A stretch of DNA of 64,000 nucleotides from Nemertoderma westbladi (taxonomy: Eukaryota; Animalia; Xenacoelomorpha): NCBI GenBank assembly GCA_032718475.1, contig JAUCBJ010009137.1:1-64000 (forward strand), written 5' to 3'. Of this stretch, positions 23,012 through 35,083 are shown piece after piece (within the stretch, counting starts at the first letter, position 1; the number at the start of each line of letters is the position of its first letter). The notes under the pieces are model-generated. The model saw only the letters and a list, made by a program, of their open reading frames with translations. It did not search any database and had not been told where the DNA came from. The translations under genes and the position numbers were made by a program.

Positions 23012-24460
23012 ATGACGGAGTTGATAGAAGATGATCTTGGTATCAGGGAGTGATATACTCTACCTTTGCAAGCATTTGTGGATAGCTTGATACGTGGTGA
23101 AGCCGATCCAACCATTACGGAGGACGATGGTCGTTATATCGAACCGCCGATGTCACAAGAGCAACTTACGCGTGAATTGGACTGTCGAAAATTCACCGCT
23201 CGCTATACGCATCGTAATGGTACGTATATGGACTTCCTAACTACCGGCCATCCTATCGATTTACATGATACGGACGATGTAGACACCGAAAGGGAAATGG
23301 TTCTATTTAAATATCATACCCAGCGGCGTCGTAACGATAAACCGAGAATAGATCACGAAAATTCTATTCGTAACAGACTGGGAAGACGAACCAATATGCC
23401 TAGAATCTGAGGAGATTCAGCCTATCGCGCCCGGAACAGCGACAACGATTACATCCTAGAATGGTATCAAGGTCCACAGTGTCTCACTGCGTACGATTAT
23501 CGCCATGCCAACTATGTTTCTCGGCAACGTCGTCGGTTATGCGCATCGAGAGACCATGTTACGCCCATGGACACAAACGTCCGCTGTTCCTATTTCCACG
23601 AACAACCGGCGATGGAAATTTATTGCGCGTATTGCAGATTTAATAATTTGCACATTTTTGCGGTTTGCCCTCAATTTATGACTCAATGTCACCATTGTCA
23701 ACTAAAGGGACACGCCAGTTTCGATTGCCCTTTTAATCACGATTTGGAAAGCGTAGATGAAATGATCACACTACGTTACATCAGAGCTTGGGAAGCGAAC
23801 GCTGATTTACATTGTGATTCGCGCCATCGTTATTATCCTGGACGCGCTTACGAAGGAATTTATGCATTCCATCCTTATCTATTCGCTTCTGTCGAACAGA
23901 AATCACGCATATCGAGTTACGAACTACTGAAGCGCGTCGGAGAATGTATTTCAACCAAGTTCGTACGCAAATTTCTCAGGAGTGTTAATCCTAGCGACCT
24001 TCATTCCTATAACTTAATCAATTATATCCGTCAGGATCCGGACTATGGAGACTTATTTGTTAACTCACACCCCGAGTTACAGGAAGTATATCGACGGCCT
24101 TACGAATACCGAGCCCGCGAACGCGAGTTGGAAAGGACCATTAAACCCCGGAGGTTTCTAACTGCCTATGGTCCACCCACGGCCCTCGTTCAGACCACTC
24201 GTAAAGGACCCGTAAGAGCGGCTGTCTTGAAACGAGCTCTCAAAGCCGTTAGACCTCTCTCCCCTGACGATGATGTCAATCAACCCGGTACTTCGACTGG
24301 CGGATACACCGACCATAGTCCTACACCCTCTGATGCAATCATATTGCGCCCTTCACCCAGGAGTTGTGGCCCTCCTTGTAAAGTGGCTCGCCCCAAAGAG
24401 AGGAGGACTCTGGCTAGCTTTAGAAAACTGTGTAAACGCCGTCCGCGCAAGAAAGACTAA
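23012..24460 (+). CDS. Accessory 3' ORF of the LTR element: unknown Cys/His (zinc-knuckle) protein, one 483-codon frame with two in-frame TGA codons
   Basis: ATG 23012, ORF 23066-23410 and ORF 23567-24460 share a frame, and the only internal stops are TGA 23051 and TGA 23408. It has CAYC...H...C and CHHCQLKGHASFDC motifs and a basic C-terminus. Homologue at 34542-35083. Confidence 0.7.
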
Positions 24461-24540
24461 CTGTTTAGAGTATTTATGTATATTAGAAACACTGTGATTT
24501 TGTATATTTTATAGACTCAAATCCCATTTTCTGGGAGCGG

Positions 24541-25093
24541 TGTAAAAGCTTCTGTGGGATATAACTGGCCCCTTTGCTTCGCAATCCAGTTTCCCCCCAG
24601 GCGCTGGAATACTCTAAAAGGTTCTCTAACTGTATATATATTCCCCTCGCCCGCAAGGTACCGTTACAGGTGTTTTAACGGACATAAAAGTCATTCTTCT
24701 ATATACGTGCTTTGGCGGACATGGTAAGGCAAAAAACCCGCAATGCACCAAATACCTTCACACGGCTTGGCCTTGATGATTCAGATTGCGACATCTAGCA
24801 GCTGGTTGCTGGCATGGAAACAGCCATTGGACACATGGTTCTTTGTTTGGCTTGAGCCAATCAGAGCGATTTTTTCTGTCGACGTGTAGATATTCGGCCG
24901 ATCATACTAGGAGTGTTCAGTCTTACTGTTTTTCTTGATACTTTTGTTGTTTCTATCTAGGCCAGGAACACCGGCTCTAGAGTTAATTCGTTTTCATACT
25001 TTAGAAGAAACATTAGTAGGCTTAAATTATAGAGCGTATAACTGTTATCAGTGCATAACAATCAACTTATCTCAATTCAGTCTTACATTATCG
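24541..25093 (+). repeat. 3' LTR (truncated)
   Basis: Matches 13184-13736 at an offset of 11357 and ends at the PLE junction. Confidence 0.9.
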
Positions 25094-26310
25094 ATTACAT
25101 TATCCTAATCCCAAGTTTACCCTTGAGATGGAGGTGGAGGGCCGCTTGTCCTTTCTTGATTTGGTTGTCACTCAGGTTGACTATGCTCTTTCAACGGCGT
25201 GGTATCGCAAGCCTACATATACTGAGTCTTTCAAAAAAGGTGTAGTTTGTGGTATATTCTATCGCATCTTTAACGCCAATAAGGGTGGGGATGGTTCCCA
25301 ACTCTATACCGCTATTGGGGATGCTAAGAATATTCTTAGAATAACCAATATACTGATGCGGTGGTCGAGCATGAGCTAGCCGCAGTTCAATACGCTAGGC
25401 GGCGTGCAAGTAGTGGTTCTGGGGGCGAGGCACCCAACAGTTTTCCCCACCAAGATCATTGACCGGGTGGACCAGGCAGCTGCTGATGATACAAAGCCCA
25501 TTATCTGTAAGTTTGAGTACCGAGGTCGGGGAACCGATCTGTTTGTTCGAAAGTTGCGTGGACTTATACCTACAGTAGGTCTTGCACACGGCCAGTTCAG
25601 TTCGTTTTCACTACATGTAAACCACACCAGTCACTCACATCTCTAAAACATCCCGACCCGGATATCCTTGCGTCTAATGTCGTTTACTCTTTCTCTTGTC
25701 CCTCTTGTAAGGGGGAATATGAAGGACACACCATCCAACACTTGTTTGAACGCGTTTGACAGCACCAGGATGGGACGGCCAAGGATGGGAGCGAACAGGG
25801 TAAGACTGTGTACAACCACATCATGACGCACCGCGGCGAGCCCAATACACGCTGGCTGACTGGCTGGCGTGAATTGTTTAAACATTTCAAAGTAATTGCT
25901 AGACACCCATTGCGGCCACTCTTGCAAAAGCTTGAAATGTATTTCATTCAAACACGCAAGCCCGTTAACAACAAGCAGAAACGTGATTGGCGCAAGTTTG
26001 TGGTGTTGTTTCCCAGAGGTTAGGCACCTACCTTACAGACCTCTCTCTTCATTTCAATACCGGTTCTGTCTCCCTTTGTGACTTTATATCTACATTTCCT
26101 GGCTTGGCCTCCTGAGAATGCCTTCAGCTGCTGGGCGAAACCTACCGATCATCTGGCTGCCGTCAGCTGATCACTCAGATTGCATGCAACGTCTAGGTCT
26201 TGTTGCTTTTTAGTTTTTTGCTTACTTTTTGGTTCTAACACACCTACCGCTAAGGTTTTTTACTTTATCTGCTTGACAAATAAATAAGTATAATTCGTAA
26301 TAATATGGTT
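25094..26310 (+). mobile_element. Degenerate 5'-truncated Penelope/Poseidon-like element (RT thumb plus GIY-YIG)
   Basis: KFTLEMEVEGRLSFLDLVV...WYRKPTYT, then SNVVYSFSCPSCKGEYEGHTIQHLFER; frameshifted. Confidence 0.85.
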
Positions 26311-26752
26311 ACCGGTATTGCTATTGACTATGTTTATTACATTTAAGGAATCGTATCATGAAACTCGTGATCACACGCCAGAAACTATCCGCAAACACCC
26401 ATCGGCTTTCGCTGAAATCGCGAGAATTATTTGGTACAACAACACGGGAGAGATGATAATTGACGATGATATTAAAATGCAGCAAATCTCTTGATGGCGG
26501 ACATATGTTACACAAATAAAATAAAGTATATGCTCCCTGCTGCTAGTCCGCAATACAAAATGCGAAGCTATTGACTTGTCATGTGTAATGCATACTATAC
26601 TATTAATTCCCTTTCAAAAATGCAATATCTTTCAAGATTTTAAAACTTTAACCAACTAAAGTCTGGCGGAACAATTACTGTACTGTGTCAAGGCCAAATT
26701 ATCCGCTCTGCAAACTTATTTTAAATTATTTATTCCTAAGTTGTTACGTCGA

Positions 26753-27690
26753 AAAGCCTATAGGTCGGAACGTACAGCCTATAGGTCGGAACGTACAGCC
26801 TATAGGTCGGAACGTACAGCCTATAGGTCGGAACGTACAACCTATAGGTCGGAACGTCCAGCCTATAGGTCGGAACGTAAAGCCTATAGGTCGGAACATA
26901 CAGCCTAAAGGTCGGAACGTACAGCCTATAGGTCGGAACGTACAGCCTATAGGTTGGAACGTCCAGCCTATAGGTCGGAACGTACAGCCTATAGGTCGGA
27001 ACGTATAGCCTATAAGTCGGAACGTACAGCCTATAGGTCGGAACGTCCAGCCTATAGGTCGGAACGTAAAGCCTATAGGTCGGAACGTACAGCCTATAGG
27101 TCGGAACGTACAGCCTATAGGTCGGAACGTAAACCTATAGGTCGAAACGTACAGCCTATAGGTCGGAACTTCCAGCCAATAGGTCGGAAAGTACAGCCTA
27201 TAGGTCGGAACGTACAGCCTATAGGTCGGAACGTAAACCTATAGGTCGAAACGTACAGCCTATAGGTCGGAACGTCCAGCCAATAGGTCGGAACGTACAG
27301 CCTATAGGTCGGAACGTAAACCTATAGGTCGGAACGTACAGCGTATAGGTCGGAACGTAAACCTATAGGTCGAAACGTAAAGCCTATAGGTCGGAACGTA
27401 AACCTATAGGTCGAAACGTACAGCCTATAGGTCGGAACTTCCAGCCAATAGGTCGGAAAGTACAGCCTATAGGTCGGAACGTACAGCCTATAGGTCGAAA
27501 CGTACAGCCTATAGGTCGGAACGTCCAGCCAATAGGTCGGAACGTACAGCCTATAGGTCGGAACGTAAACCTATAGGTCGGAACGTACAGCCTATAGGTC
27601 GGAACGTAAACCTATAGGTCGGAACCTTCGCCCTATAGGTCGGAACCTTCGCCCTATAGGTCGGAACCTTCGCCCTATAGGTCGGAACGC
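26753..27690. repeat. About 21-bp minisatellite (gcctataggtcggaacgtaca), more than 40 units
   Basis: Direct tandem array with 20- and 21-bp variants and no unique spacers. Confidence 0.95.
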
Positions 27691-27962
27691 TGCAAAATAA
27701 TAAAACCCTTAGAAAAAATCAAGTTCTGGAACAATTATAGTGTATTCTATATTCTGTGTGGCCAAGGCGTTCGAAACTATAGGCCGGCCTTGCAGCCGGA
27801 ATTTACTCAATAACTTGAGGGTCAAATTACAAAGTAAATATAGTGGAAATTTCATGTTATTGTAATTGTGAAAATTAATCATTTCAAAAGAATTAAAAAA
27901 AAATTTTTCATTTTCATTTTTGTCCTACCAAAGTATGTCAACAACTTAATTACACTAAACTA

Positions 27963-28881
27963 CTACTACTACTAGGATCGACATGCTGCATTGCAGCTGC
28001 ATTTTTAAGAATGCTGTGCCGGCTTATCGAAATTGCACCGCCACAACTCCCTATCACCCATGACATTTGCTAGATCATCCGCATCTTCAAGGCCAGTGTC
28101 CTTTAAGATGCGTCTCAAGAAAGTCGTGGGCTGTCCACCATGCTTATTCACTCCATGAGGCTGCCAAAGTACAAGATTATGCACTGGCTGGTCCTCACGG
28201 CGAAAGCAATGTCCTGCAAAGCGGAGGCGATTTTGTTCTAGTGTCAAGCTTGGGGGAACCAATGAGACACCTCCAATGTTATATAGTGTCTGGTTGGAGA
28301 TGTGTGCATTGTACTTGACACAATGTACCCGGCGTAGCATTCTTGTGAATGTGCCATCTAGAGATTTGGTGTCCTCAGCAGTTAGAGCCCAGCATGGACT
28401 CCCATAGAGGAGTACTGGAACTACTGCTGCTCTAAATAACCGGACCTTAAGTTTCCGATTAATTCTTGGTGACTTCCAAATCCTGGAAAGCCTATTCAAG
28501 GCTGCCCATGCCTTTCCCTTACGTATTCGATGGTCATCACCGGATCCATGATCCCAGGTAACAAAAGTTATTCACATGCTCAAGCATACCATCTTTTGAG
28601 CTTATGCTCATCCGATCAGAGACTTGCTGAGGACTTTCAAAGTTAACTGTCAAAATTTTGGTCTTTCTGGAGTTAATAAAAAGACCAACACTAGAAGCAG
28701 CATGTTCTAATGAGCTGAGGAGCCGTTGAGCTCCATCTAGTGATTCTGAGAGTAATCCTAAGTCATCATCAAAGTCTAGATCAGTTAGGTACTTGGCAGG
28801 ATTTCCTCAACTTCTGGAGCCAGTAGGTGGAGATATCATCACCCCATCATCATTATGATGATCTAAGGACATGCGTAGAAC
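27963..28881 (-). mobile_element. 5'-truncated RTE-group LINE
   Basis: DLDFDDDL RT remnant; LKVRLFRAAVVPVLLYG...RLRFAGHCFR; (TAG)n tail; TSD acactaaacta at 27952-27962 and 28882-28892. Confidence 0.85.
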
Positions 28882-29550
28882 ACACTAAACTAATCTTAAC
28901 TACACTTAAAAATTTTCTAATATGTTCAATAACACTGTGGTAATTTTGCCTTTAAACTATGTTAGTAAAAGGTCAAGGCCTACCTGATATCGACTGTGTG
29001 ATGGTGTGTATAACTGATTCCAAAAATATATTAATGGCATTAAATGTTGGTTGTAAACGTTTAACCTATAGTTCGGGTTAAGTAAATTTATAGGAATAAT
29101 TTGCCTGTTTAACTTCAATTCGAAATATTATTGTAATTATTATTAAAAAAGTGACAAAACTTTATAAAAAGAAACAAAATATTTTAAAGTATTTGTGGTA
29201 TAAAGAAGTGAAGTTATATGGGCTGGTTTACTGTTCATCTTCGGTCCTTGCACTCCAACAACCCCCCCCCCCCCCCCCCCCCCCCCACCTCCCCCTCCCC
29301 CTCCCACCCACACCTTTATGTTTTGCCCTGATGTGCTAAATAATTATAACCTATTAAATCTGAAACATATTAATAATAATTGTAGTTTTATTTACTAAGC
29401 CATAGTTTTATTTATAAACATGGCTGGCAATATATATTTAGGCCTTCTAAAATATGCTACTATTTGACGTACGACAAAAATAGGCTACAATTTGTCATGG
29501 TCATGTAAACTATTTCGTATTTTAGCGTAAAAATATAATATTATATATAA

Positions 29551-30597
29551 ATGGATGCGACTGTTAGTTTTGCTGTTGCAATGGTTTTACTAGCGTGTAC
29601 GATTAACGTAATATTCTTGGAGCATATCATTCGATTCGACCCAGGGGCTGGCCCACTTATAACGTGTCTGCAGTTCCTATTTGTGGCTTTGGACGGACTT
29701 GTATTCGAAACAAAATTCCTCACCAAGAAACCAAAAATTCCGCTTCTTCAATATACCAAACTAGTTATAACTTTCTTTCTAGTGGGTTTTTTCAACAATT
29801 ACGCGCTAAACTTTAATATATCGATGCCGCTTCACATGATAATTCGATCTGGGTCTTTGGTTGCCAATATGGCTTTGGGAATTTATATTAGAAAAAGAAA
29901 ATACGCCCAGGATAAATACCTTGCAGTTATGATGATAACATTGGGGATTACAATGGCTTCAATAGCATCAGCAACGACTACATCATCGGCAGCAGTTACG
30001 TCTACGGATAATCCTAAAGGTGAGGAGGTCATGGAAGAGTTATTACGATGGTTCATCGGACTTTCCATGTTGTTATTCGCGCTGTTTTTATCGGCTCGAC
30101 TTGGTATTTACCAAGAGGTTTTATTCGAAAGTTACGGAAAATACCCAAGAGAAGCTTTATTTTACAACCACGCGCTGCCGCTACCGGCATTCCTCTTTAT
30201 ATTACCAGATTTATACCGAAACTTGACGCTAATCAACGACTCCGATCCTCTGTTTCTACTATTCGGCATACCAATACCGACAATGTGGATGTCGATGTTT
30301 GCGAACGTTGTCACCCAATATATTTGTATAAGATGTGTGTTTATTCTAACCTCAAGGTGCACATCTCTCTTTGTAACTTTGGTAATAACTTTAAGAAAGT
30401 TTATTAGTCTAGTGTTCTCAATAATATATTTCAGAAACACGTTTACTGTGTGGCATTGGTTCGCTACTGTTTTAGTTTTCTCTGGAACTCTTTTGTTTTG
30501 CGGTGTCTTCGAGTTTGCATACAGACGTAAACCTGTACAAAAAACGCTAACTTTGGAGAATGTTACAGAAAAGGAACCCATAACGGCGAGACCTTAG
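29551..30597 (+). CDS. SLC35B4: UDP-xylose/UDP-N-acetylglucosamine transporter (SLC35B4 / Efr / YEA4 family), single exon
   Basis: 348-aa multi-transmembrane protein with family motifs NVIFLE, LITCLQFLFVA, NNYALNFNISMPLHMIIRSGSLVANM, GIYQE..F..YGK..EALFYNHALPLP, NVVTQYICIR and TLVITLRKFISLVFSIIYF. Confidence 0.92.
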   Translation: MDATVSFAVAMVLLACTINVIFLEHIIRFDPGAGPLITCLQFLFVALDGLVFETKFLTKKPKIPLLQYTKLVITFFLVGFFNNYALNFNISMPLHMIIRSGSLVANMALGIYIRKRKYAQDKYLAVMMITLGITMASIASATTTSSAAVTSTDNPKGEEVMEELLRWFIGLSMLLFALFLSARLGIYQEVLFESYGKYPREALFYNHALPLPAFLFILPDLYRNLTLINDSDPLFLLFGIPIPTMWMSMFANVVTQYICIRCVFILTSRCTSLFVTLVITLRKFISLVFSIIYFRNTFTVWHWFATVLVFSGTLLFCGVFEFAYRRKPVQKTLTLENVTEKEPITARP

Positions 30598-30872
30598 TTG
30601 GAGCGGTAACTGAAAGGTCACAAAGTTGACGGGCGGATTGGGCTGGTGTTAAATGGCGGTAATTACGTTAGGTTATTGGGTAGCCCAAATAGTTATAATT
30701 TGTGTACATAAAACACAACACATTGTGTTTTTATAATACATTGTGTTGGAAACACTTGATTTCGTTACAGATAATTTATTATATTTATTTGTATGGAATT
30801 AATTTCACCGTTATTATTTCTCAGTATGTCCCTACGCAATACATTTACTATGTATTTCCAGTAGGCCCCCTA

Positions 30873-31165
30873 TATCCAGTATGTCACCGCGTCATTCTAA
30901 AATTCTAAATATATAATCACATGACCTCAATCGAATACACACTATAACTATTTCACAATTCTAAATTTTACAAAATTGAAATAGGTCAGAATCGAACCAT
31001 CCAGTATGTCACCGCGTCATTCTAAATATATAATCACATGACCTCAATCGAATACACACTATAACTATTTCATAATTCTAAATTTTACAAAATTGAAATA
31101 GGTCAGAATCGAACCAGCGGCCTTTACATTCATAACCTGACGCGTTATACACTGCGCCAATTTGG
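30873..31165 (-). mobile_element. tRNA-derived SINE-like remnant with an internal duplication of about 125 bp
   Basis: Minus-strand A box TGGCGCAGTGT (31159-31149) and B box GGTTCGATTC (31115-31106). The segment atccagtatgtcaccgcg...gaatcgaacc is duplicated. Confidence 0.55.
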
Positions 31166-31401
31166 TTCGAGATGAAAGCGTTTAATTAACATGTCATGCA
31201 TTCCTGTTACATGGTTGTTCTGTAGAAAATTTAAGAGAATAATTCCCTACAAATAAATAATATTAGATTCGGCATTGTTCATAATTGTAATTTTAAAGCT
31301 TTTTCGGCCCTTGTTTTGTTATTTCCTTAGCTCGTTCTGTAGCGCAATAAAGTGCTATTTTATCAACAATGACGTATATAGTTAATATTGGTGTTTATGT
31401 A

Positions 31402-33329
31402 ATAGTGACGGGCCTATCGGGCCGATAAGGAACCGACTATTCCTTTCAAATAAAAGAGACAACCAACGAGAAATAGAACTAATCATGTAAAAATATAATC
31501 ATATCTTATGAATGTAATCAAATACAAATTATTCTAGAAAAATTTCCTCAAAAAGTATGAAGTTGGTAAAATTGTAGAACTAAAAAAAATTAATTTTTGA
31601 ACGGCGATGTTTGGAGTTTTGAAACATGAATAGGCTGAAAGAGTACATCGAATTAAGTTGAAAAATAAAAACCCCATCGAATTTGGACCAAGCGTTCCAG
31701 AGTTAAAGCGGATCGAAAAAAAATTACCCTCCCCCAGTCGCCAAAAAATTCGGCAAATTTACTACTACTACTACTAGGTCGTGCGATCTTGGACAGTGGA
31801 AATGAGATCCTTCCAGGCTTCCCGATTCTCCATAATAGTCGCAATTTCGTTTTTCCCAAGTTCAGTATCCCTTTCAAGTTGATCTATATATATGTTATGG
31901 CTGGTCGTAACCACTACGCTTTCCATGAGTTGGTTGCCAGAAAAGTAGATCTGGTATGACCTCGTCTTTATTTCGCCAGCAGTGCCTAATCTGCGTTCAC
32001 GGAGGGTGGTTGATACAGGTGGTATTGTACCATAAAGCTTGACGTTTGTCATGTGTTGTCTCCAGCTTATGTTTAGGGCTGCCCTGGTAGTCTTGTGTAG
32101 CAACCATTGTTCAAGTGATTTAGTCAGTATCCAGGTCTCACACCCCCGCGCCCGTATAAAAATACACTTCCCACTGTGGCTCGAAACAACTTAGTCTTAG
32201 GTGCCTGGAGAGATCTGATTTCCAGATGGTATCCATTTTTGATAGAGCTACCCAAGTCTTTGCTTTCCTAACTTCTATGTTCTTTTTTCTACTCTCTATC
32301 CATGATCCTAGGTACTGGAAGTCGTCGACCTTCTTTGGTTTGATTATTATCAATGGTTGACAAGTTTCCATCAACATTAAAAGTCATAAATTCGGTCTTG
32401 GTAGCATTTATATGCAATCCACACTCCTTAGTAGCCCTCTCCACTTTATTTAGTAGAAGCTGTGCATCTGCTAGCGTATTAGAGATCAGGGCGATGTCAT
32501 CCGCAAATTCGGTGTCTGTGACTGTAGTTGCCGGATAGCTACTACTTCTGCGTTCTTGAAGTGTGAATCCCAGGTCTTCACCCTTTGTGGCTGTCCTCAT
32601 TGCCTAATCCAGCACAATTACAAATAGTAATGGTGCTAATGTGTCACCTTGCAGTACCCCAGCCAGGATTGAGAAAAACTCAGTTTCACCATCACTGGTG
32701 AGAGTACCTGCGCTTCTGTGTCACAATATAACAATCCAATGCCATCAACAATTACTTCTGGTATTCCATTAGCTCTTAGGATTTCAAGCATTTTACCTCT
32801 ATGGATGGAGTCGAATGCCTTCTTGAAGTCCACAAAAGTCATGACTGCGGGGAGATTCTTTGACTTAATTCCTTCAATCAGTCTCCGTAGTGCAAGTATC
32901 TGAGCTATTGTTGATCTATTTGGTCGAAATCCGTTTTGGCTCTTACGCAGTAGTTTCTCTATGTGAGGCCTAATCCTATATAGAATCATTTTATTGTATA
33001 TTTTGGCAGCAATATATTTTGGTATATGGAGATCTCCTTTCTTGTGGAGAGGCTTTAGTTGACCTTTAGTTGACCTTTTCGGTTGTTGGTTGTTCGGTTT
33101 TTACTTTGTAGGCTCGCTATCTTAAGATCTTCTCTCTTACATGTAACCTCAGAGTTTTGCCATGGCACATACTGTTTTCGTTTGGGTTTCTGGGGGATAT
33201 GCCTCTTAGCTGATTCCTTGTGGGCTTTTATTATATTCTGGTATATTGAATCGGTGGCAAATTTAAAATTTTGAGAAAAAAAAAACATTTTTTGCGTTAT
33301 TTTTGTTAAGGAATCGATTGGCAGTACTG
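31402..33329 (-). mobile_element. 3' part of a Helentron-type non-autonomous element, interrupted by an RTE
   Basis: Reverse complement of about 40507-41235, including the terminal hairpin and subterminal repeat. Confidence 0.65.
31762..33255 (-). mobile_element. 5'-truncated RTE-group LINE (second family)
   Basis: QNGFRPNRST, FVDFKKAFDSIHR, DTEFADDIAL and FQYLGSWI; (TAG)n tail; TSD ggcaaattta at 31752-31761 and 33256-33265. Confidence 0.9.
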
Positions 33330-35083
33330 TTCGCGCTTTTAGTCCTTTAACAGTTTAACCTGCTAATTTATGTGTCTTATGATGTCTGACAGCCATACAA
33401 AATATGACACACAAAATACATACATACAAAATGTGACACATACATAATATGACCACAGCAGAAGCCAGTCTATCGCGGCGTATGACCGAATGACCGTGGG
33501 AGACTGAATTCTATGGCTGAGAATGGGGTAGGCTACTTTGTATTATGCGATTGATCTCTACAATATAATCTCCAAAATCTAGCTTATTTTCAGGGCAATA
33601 CTAACAGTTCCTTTAGATGCTGCGCTTTAAATATCAGACAGAGTTATGACTTATACTAATTACAACTGAGGGTCATGAAACTGCAGAGTGTTTATATTCT
33701 TTAGGAATGTATAATTATTCACTCACACTCACTTTACTGACAATCGTACTAAAACACGTTAATTTTCCGACGGTTACCAATTTAACTCATATATAAGGAG
33801 AAATTTAGCTCACCTACATTGGGGTTATGAAATAGCATAAAATTCATACAGACCCACTGTAATTTGAGCCAAGCAATTGTTACTAATGTTCCCTTCTGCT
33901 TACCTCAATAATAAAGAAAGTTGGGGGGAATTATCGATTATTCTTAAGTATTCTCCAAGTATAAACATCCATTTAATATGTTACCAAACAACAATGAATA
34001 ACAGTATAAAAACAGTATAAAATATGCGGTGCCGGCATTCAATCAACAGTCAGATGTTTGCCATTACAACAGTCTGAGTCTGAGAGTGCAAATAGTACAA
34101 AAGTGAATGCAGAGAGTGCTGTTTGATGTTGACTGTGCTTGATAATTCTCTGGCTGCTGATGGTTTTGGGCAGAAGTCAGAAAGTATGATTTTGTCGCAC
34201 TGCGGCATATTCATATATAAACAAGGCCACAAGAATTGGCAAAGTGAAAATTGTGCTGATTGGCTGGGAATTGACATAGAGGATACTGGACAAAGAGAAA
34301 TGCTGGCCAATGGCTGGTGACTTCACCACTACAGCTCTGTACCAAAATAAACGCTAGAGGGCGTAAGTTTTATACATTCTCCAATCCCTCGAGATAATGC
34401 CAGTTTTAGAGTAGTTTGCATATTGCAAAAAAACGACTCATTTTTGCCGCAAAGCTTTAACACCGCTCCCAGAAAATGGGACTTAAGTCTATAACATATA
34501 CCTAGAGTCACAGTTTCTAATAAATTTACTACTCTAAACAATCAAACCTTCTTTCTAGAATGACGTTTATGGAGTTTCTTAAACCTTTGAGAAGTCTTTT
34601 TCTCCCCTGCGCGAGCCACTTTACTAGAAGGGCTATAACTCCTGGGGCAAGGGTGCCATACAATTGCATCGGAAGGATTTGGATTTTGGTCGGTGTATCC
34701 GCCGGTCGAGGTACCTGGTTGATCAATATCGATAGGGGGTTCACTTCCCTCCTTTGATTGGGCTGCGATATCGATACGTTTATCAGAGGACCCAAGGGAT
34801 TGAGGGCGCACAACATTTAAGGCCCGTCTCAGGACAGCAGCCTGTACCGGTCCTGTCTTAGTCATTTGTACGACCACCATAGGTAGACCATGAGTAGTTA
34901 GGAATTTTCGGGGTTTAATGGTTCTTTCTAATTCCTTTTCTCTCGCTTTATACTCATAAGGATGTCGATGAACTTCTTGTAACTCAGGGTACACATTTAC
35001 AAATGTCTCACCGTTTTCAGGGTCTCTGCTAATAAAGCTGATCAAATTATAGGATTCAATATTACTCGGATTACTATTTCTAG
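33328..35083 (-). mobile_element. 3' end of a diverged relative of the 13184-25093 LTR element: accessory ORF tail, PPT and 3' LTR (34462-33328)
   Basis: The same cccattttctgggagcgg-TGT junction; LTR ends aaaagcgcgaaca; ORF 34542-35045 is homologous to 23567-24460. Confidence 0.85.
34542..35083 (-). CDS. C-terminal part of the accessory ORF homologue, 5'-truncated by a PLE
   Basis: PELQEVHRHPYEYKAREKELERTIKPRKFLT...QPGTSTGGYTD...PSDAI...KVAR aligns with the 23567-24460 protein. Confidence 0.8.

Larger units (their letters stand above)
13184..25093 (+). mobile_element. BEL/Pao-derived non-autonomous LTR retrotransposon; 3' LTR truncated by a PLE
   Basis: LTR copies start TGTAAAAG at 13184 and 24541, with about 3 differences seen over 553 bp. 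A polypurine-tract (PPT)-like gggagcgg precedes the 3' LTR. Internal BEL-type Gag-PR ORF. Confidence 0.9.

Noticed and set aside
24461-25093. SECIS element that would make the accessory ORF a selenoprotein
   Set aside because: No AUGA...AA...GA kink-turn stem with correct spacing was seen by eye.
26110-26150. Hammerhead-like ctgagaat-gcc...ggc-gaaa in the Poseidon-like PLE (also 4085-4130 on the minus strand)
   Set aside because: Position 8 is A with C3 uncompensated, and I could not form stems I and III; at most a relic.
26753-27690. CRISPR-like appearance of short palindromic repeat arrays (also 7240-8310, 45010-45790, 52346-52750)
   Set aside because: The units are directly adjacent with no unique spacers, there are no cas genes, and the context is eukaryotic.
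31100-31165. tRNA gene
   Set aside because: A and B boxes are present, but the acceptor and anticodon stems do not pair; treated as a SINE head.
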